From positions 372,001 to 436,000 of the forward strand of contig CATNEN010000001.1 of NCBI GenBank assembly GCA_950097015.1: a stretch of 64,000 nucleotides of DNA, written 5' to 3'. This stretch comes from Macrostomum hystrix (lineage: Eukaryota; Animalia; Platyhelminthes). The position numbers and the translations under genes are program-made. How positions within the stretch are numbered: position 1 is the first letter of the stretch; each line of letters begins with the position of its first letter. Of the stretch, positions 61,147 to 64,000 are shown one piece after another. The notes beneath the pieces are model-generated. The model did no database searches. It saw nothing but the letters and a program-made list of their open reading frames with translations, and was not told the DNA's origin.

Positions 61147-61662
61147 TTAAGCCGCAGCTCCGGCCAAACCCACGAACTTCATATCGGGGCACTCCTGGTA
61201 GGCCCTATCTGGCAGTTTGTGCATCTTCTGCACGCGCCTCAGGCACCAATCGTTGGCGCAGTGCAGCAGGCGAGCGGACTGAAATTGACAATAATTTAAC
61301 ATCTTGTTGACGAAAACTACTTAGTAAGTAGGCACAAAGCATATTAATATAATAATTTAAGAGTAGAAATTTCGACCTACGTTATTATCGTAGCAGTGGC
61401 GGCAGATGAAGAGGCAACGCTGGAATGGCAGCATCATTGGGAAATATTGCAACGGCAGGGCTGGCGACTCAACAATGGGCTCCTCCTGCTGCAGCTGCTG
61501 CTCTTCGGCTAGCAACTGACGCTGCTGCTGCTGCTGCTCCAGCTGATGCTCCAGCTGCTCATTGTTGGCTTTTGAAGAACTCTGGCGATGGTCTCTAGCG
61601 GCGGCCTTCACGCAGGAACAGGCCAGCAGAAGGGCCACGGCCAGTATCACAAGGCGAGACAT
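61147..61662 (-). CDS. Secreted six-cysteine neuropeptide precursor, eclosion-hormone-like (exons 61381-61662, 61147-61278; 137 aa)
   Basis: Signal peptide MSRLVILAVALLLACSCVKA. Spliced C-terminus CLFICRHCYDNN|SARLLHCANDWCLRRVQKMHKLPDRAYQECPDMKF. Intron gtaggt...tttcag, phase 0. Confidence 0.75.
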
Positions 61663-62385
61663 TATATTCCTGCTTTTCCTAGGCTTGTTGAAAATCTTCT
61701 TCTTTTAAAAAGTGGATCAAGTGGAGACTAGACAAGACGAAGCGTAGACAAAGTGAAGCGAATTTTAGGAGATGCAGCTGAGCATTTTATACTGGCCTCT
61801 CTTTGGACTGTAGGATGTGTAAAGAAATGGGATTGGGCCAAAGCAGGCTAGCCAATCCCAGTGTCAAGTGGGAGGAGGTTTGGGAGCAAACTAAAACGTT
61901 GAACAGCTGACGAAACATTAATCGAAACGTTGGGAGTTCGAATCCTAGAAAAACTGAGTCCTTAGCAACAGACTGCATATTCTGCATTCGCTAATGCTTC
62001 ATTCAGTTTTTTTAAAACAAATCACATATACTTTAACCAAAACTGGAAGCCGGATGAAACAAAAACTAGAAAGTATGCACGCTAATCAATGTTGTATTTT
62101 TTGCTAAATAAATAAAATCTAATGTAAAGAGTTGATCTTATAATGGCTGTCATGAGTAGAGAAACTATAATCACTTTTAAAAAATTTACGGAGAAACTCA
62201 TTTACAAATAATCAAACAGTGTGTACAAAAACACATAAAAATGTAGAATGTTACAAACATGAATCTTTGATAAAATAAAATTTTGAACACAAAGAACATT
62301 TTATGTTTGCCAACTTTCGCATGTCTTTTTCAACATCTGTCTAGACACCAAATAAATTGATAATACTGAATAGAAAATTTGGCAT

Positions 62386-63310
62386 CTATCTACAAGAAAG
62401 GTAGACAAGAAAAGTAGATAGGAAGGTAGACAAGATAGGTAGATAGGAAGGTAGACAAGAGAGGTAGATAGGAAGGTAGACAAGATAGGTAGATAGGAAG
62501 GTAGACAAGAGAGGTAGATAGGAAGGTAGACAAGAGAGGTAGATAGGAAGGTAGACAAGAGAGGTAGATAGGAAGGTAGCCAAGACAGGTAGATAGGAAG
62601 GTAGACAAGAGAGGTAGATAGGAAGGTAGACAAGAGAGGTAGATAGGAAGGTAGACAAGAGAGGTAGATAGGAAGGTAGCCAAGACAGGTAGATAGGAAG
62701 GTAGACAAGATAGGTAGATAGGAAGGTAGACAAGAGAGGTAGATAGGAAGGTAGACAAGATAGGTAGATAGGAAGGTAGACAAGATAGGTAGATAGGAAG
62801 GTAGACAAGATAGGTAGATAGGAAGGTAGACAAGAGAGGTAGATAGGAAGGTAGACAAGATAGGTAGATAGGAAGGTAGACAAGATAGGTAGATAGGAAG
62901 GTAGACAAGATAGGTAGATAGGAAGGTAGACAAGATAGGTAGATAGGAAGGTAGACAAGAGAGGTAGATAGGAAGGTAGACAAGAGAGGTAGATAGGAAG
63001 GTAGACAAGATAGGTAGATAGGAAGGTAGCCAAGACAGGTAGATAGGAAGGTAGACAAGAGAGGTAGATAGGAAGGTGGGCAAGAGAGGTAGATAGGAAG
63101 GTAGACAAGAGAGGTAGATAGGAAGGTGGACAAGAGAGGTAGATAGGAAGGTAAACAAGACAGATAGGAAGGTAGACAAGACAGTTAGGAAGGTAGACAA
63201 GACAGGTAGATAGGAAGGTAAACAAGACAGATAGGAAGGTAGACAAGACAGTTAGATTAGGAAGGTAGACAAGACAGGTAGATAGGAAGGTAGACAGGTA
63301 AAACAGGTAA
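62386..63310. repeat. 25-bp purine-rich minisatellite (ggtagataggaaggtagacaagaga)n
   Basis: Direct reading. Confidence 0.96.
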
Positions 63311-63324
63311 GTAGGCAGTTACAG

Positions 63325-63590
63325 ACACTAGACCCGCAGCCAGCGAGGCAGGCGATTCTGCCCTATTCGCTGACTCCTGAGCACACTCACACAGATGTGC
63401 ACATCTGCCCTGACTCTTTCATTGTCAGGCAGCGTACACTCTCACTGCGCCTTGGAGGTTGGCCCTCAAGGGTGTAGATTGCACAACAAGCCACCAAGCC
63501 TTCTCTCCGCGGCTGCGCCCCAAATAAATGTGGCCTAGACGTAGAATCGAGATCAGAAAGCTTGTTGCGAGTGTCTGACGCGTTTAATAT
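63325..63590 (-). mobile_element. SINE family 1 copy
   Basis: Collinear with 37985-38315. Confidence 0.85.
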
Positions 63591-63737
63591 ACGACACGAT
63601 TAATGGGATTACGAGTATTTATCGAATCGAACAAAGCTCAATTGATGCTCATAGCTCAGCTGGATTAAAAAAAACGATAAATAATGAAACAACTGTGATG
63701 CTGTTGAAACTATTAGTCGAATCTATCATCTAGGCGT

Positions 63738-64000
63738 CTAGTTGAAGCAGCAGCCGATTCTGAATTGTCCGCTGACTGCAGTGACGGAACTAGTTCCGCC
63801 ACTTAGATTCACCAAGCCATGCTGCGGCGGTGATCCACCAGTTGCTGACAGCTTCACAATTCTCCCAATGAGAGTTAAGAAGGCTTCTTCGATGCTGATG
63901 TTATCCTTGGCGCTAACTTTAAACCAGGTTACTGCGCCAAGTCGACGGCTCAACGATTCGATGCTGTCGTCTGAGACCTGGTACTGCATGAGGTCCGACT
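63738..64000 (-). CDS. 3' end of a Rab GTPase (Rab32/38/29-like)
   Basis: KSDL (end of the G4 NKxD motif), WFKVSAKDNISIEEA (G5) and a C-terminal CC prenylation motif. Runs off the window edge. Confidence 0.85.
   Translation of the reverse strand, partial: SDLMQYQVSDDSIESLSRRLGAVTWFKVSAKDNISIEEAFLTLIGRIVKLSATGGSPPQHGLVNLSGGTSSVTAVSGQFRIGCCFN

Noticed and set aside
62301-63246. Three ORFs of 247-299 aa
   Set aside because: Translations of the 25-bp minisatellite.

Overview
Eukaryotic (animal) genomic DNA with spliceosomal introns. The GC-rich exons, minisatellite-filled introns and A/C-rich 3' splice sites suggest a free-living flatworm such as Macrostomum (inference only). Host genes, in order: the 3' end of an unknown + strand gene, a minimal TRAF-like zinc-finger/coiled-coil gene, CCDC62-like, a long-chain acyl-CoA synthetase (ACSL) with two alternative 53-codon first exons, an HTH-psq/CENP-B plus BEN-like factor, an 8-exon multi-EF-hand protein, MTRFR/C12orf65, an intronless TMEM50, a secreted six-cysteine eclosion-hormone-like precursor, and the 3' end of a Rab GTPase. 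Mobile DNA: an intact, very young BEL/Pao LTR retrotransposon inside the MTRFR intron, a decayed mariner, a Mutator-type MITE and two tRNA-derived SINE families (one a CORE-SINE). Roughly 18 kb (about 29%, hand estimate) is locus-specific mini/microsatellite, which produces most of the long ORFs in the track. Best leads: the ACSL membrane-anchor versus myristoylation N-terminal switch, the EH-like neuropeptide, the psq+BEN-like protein, the fresh LTR insertion next to a splice donor, and splice-signal-like motifs recurring in unrelated minisatellites. All exon boundaries were read by eye; family names come from recalled motifs, not database searches.
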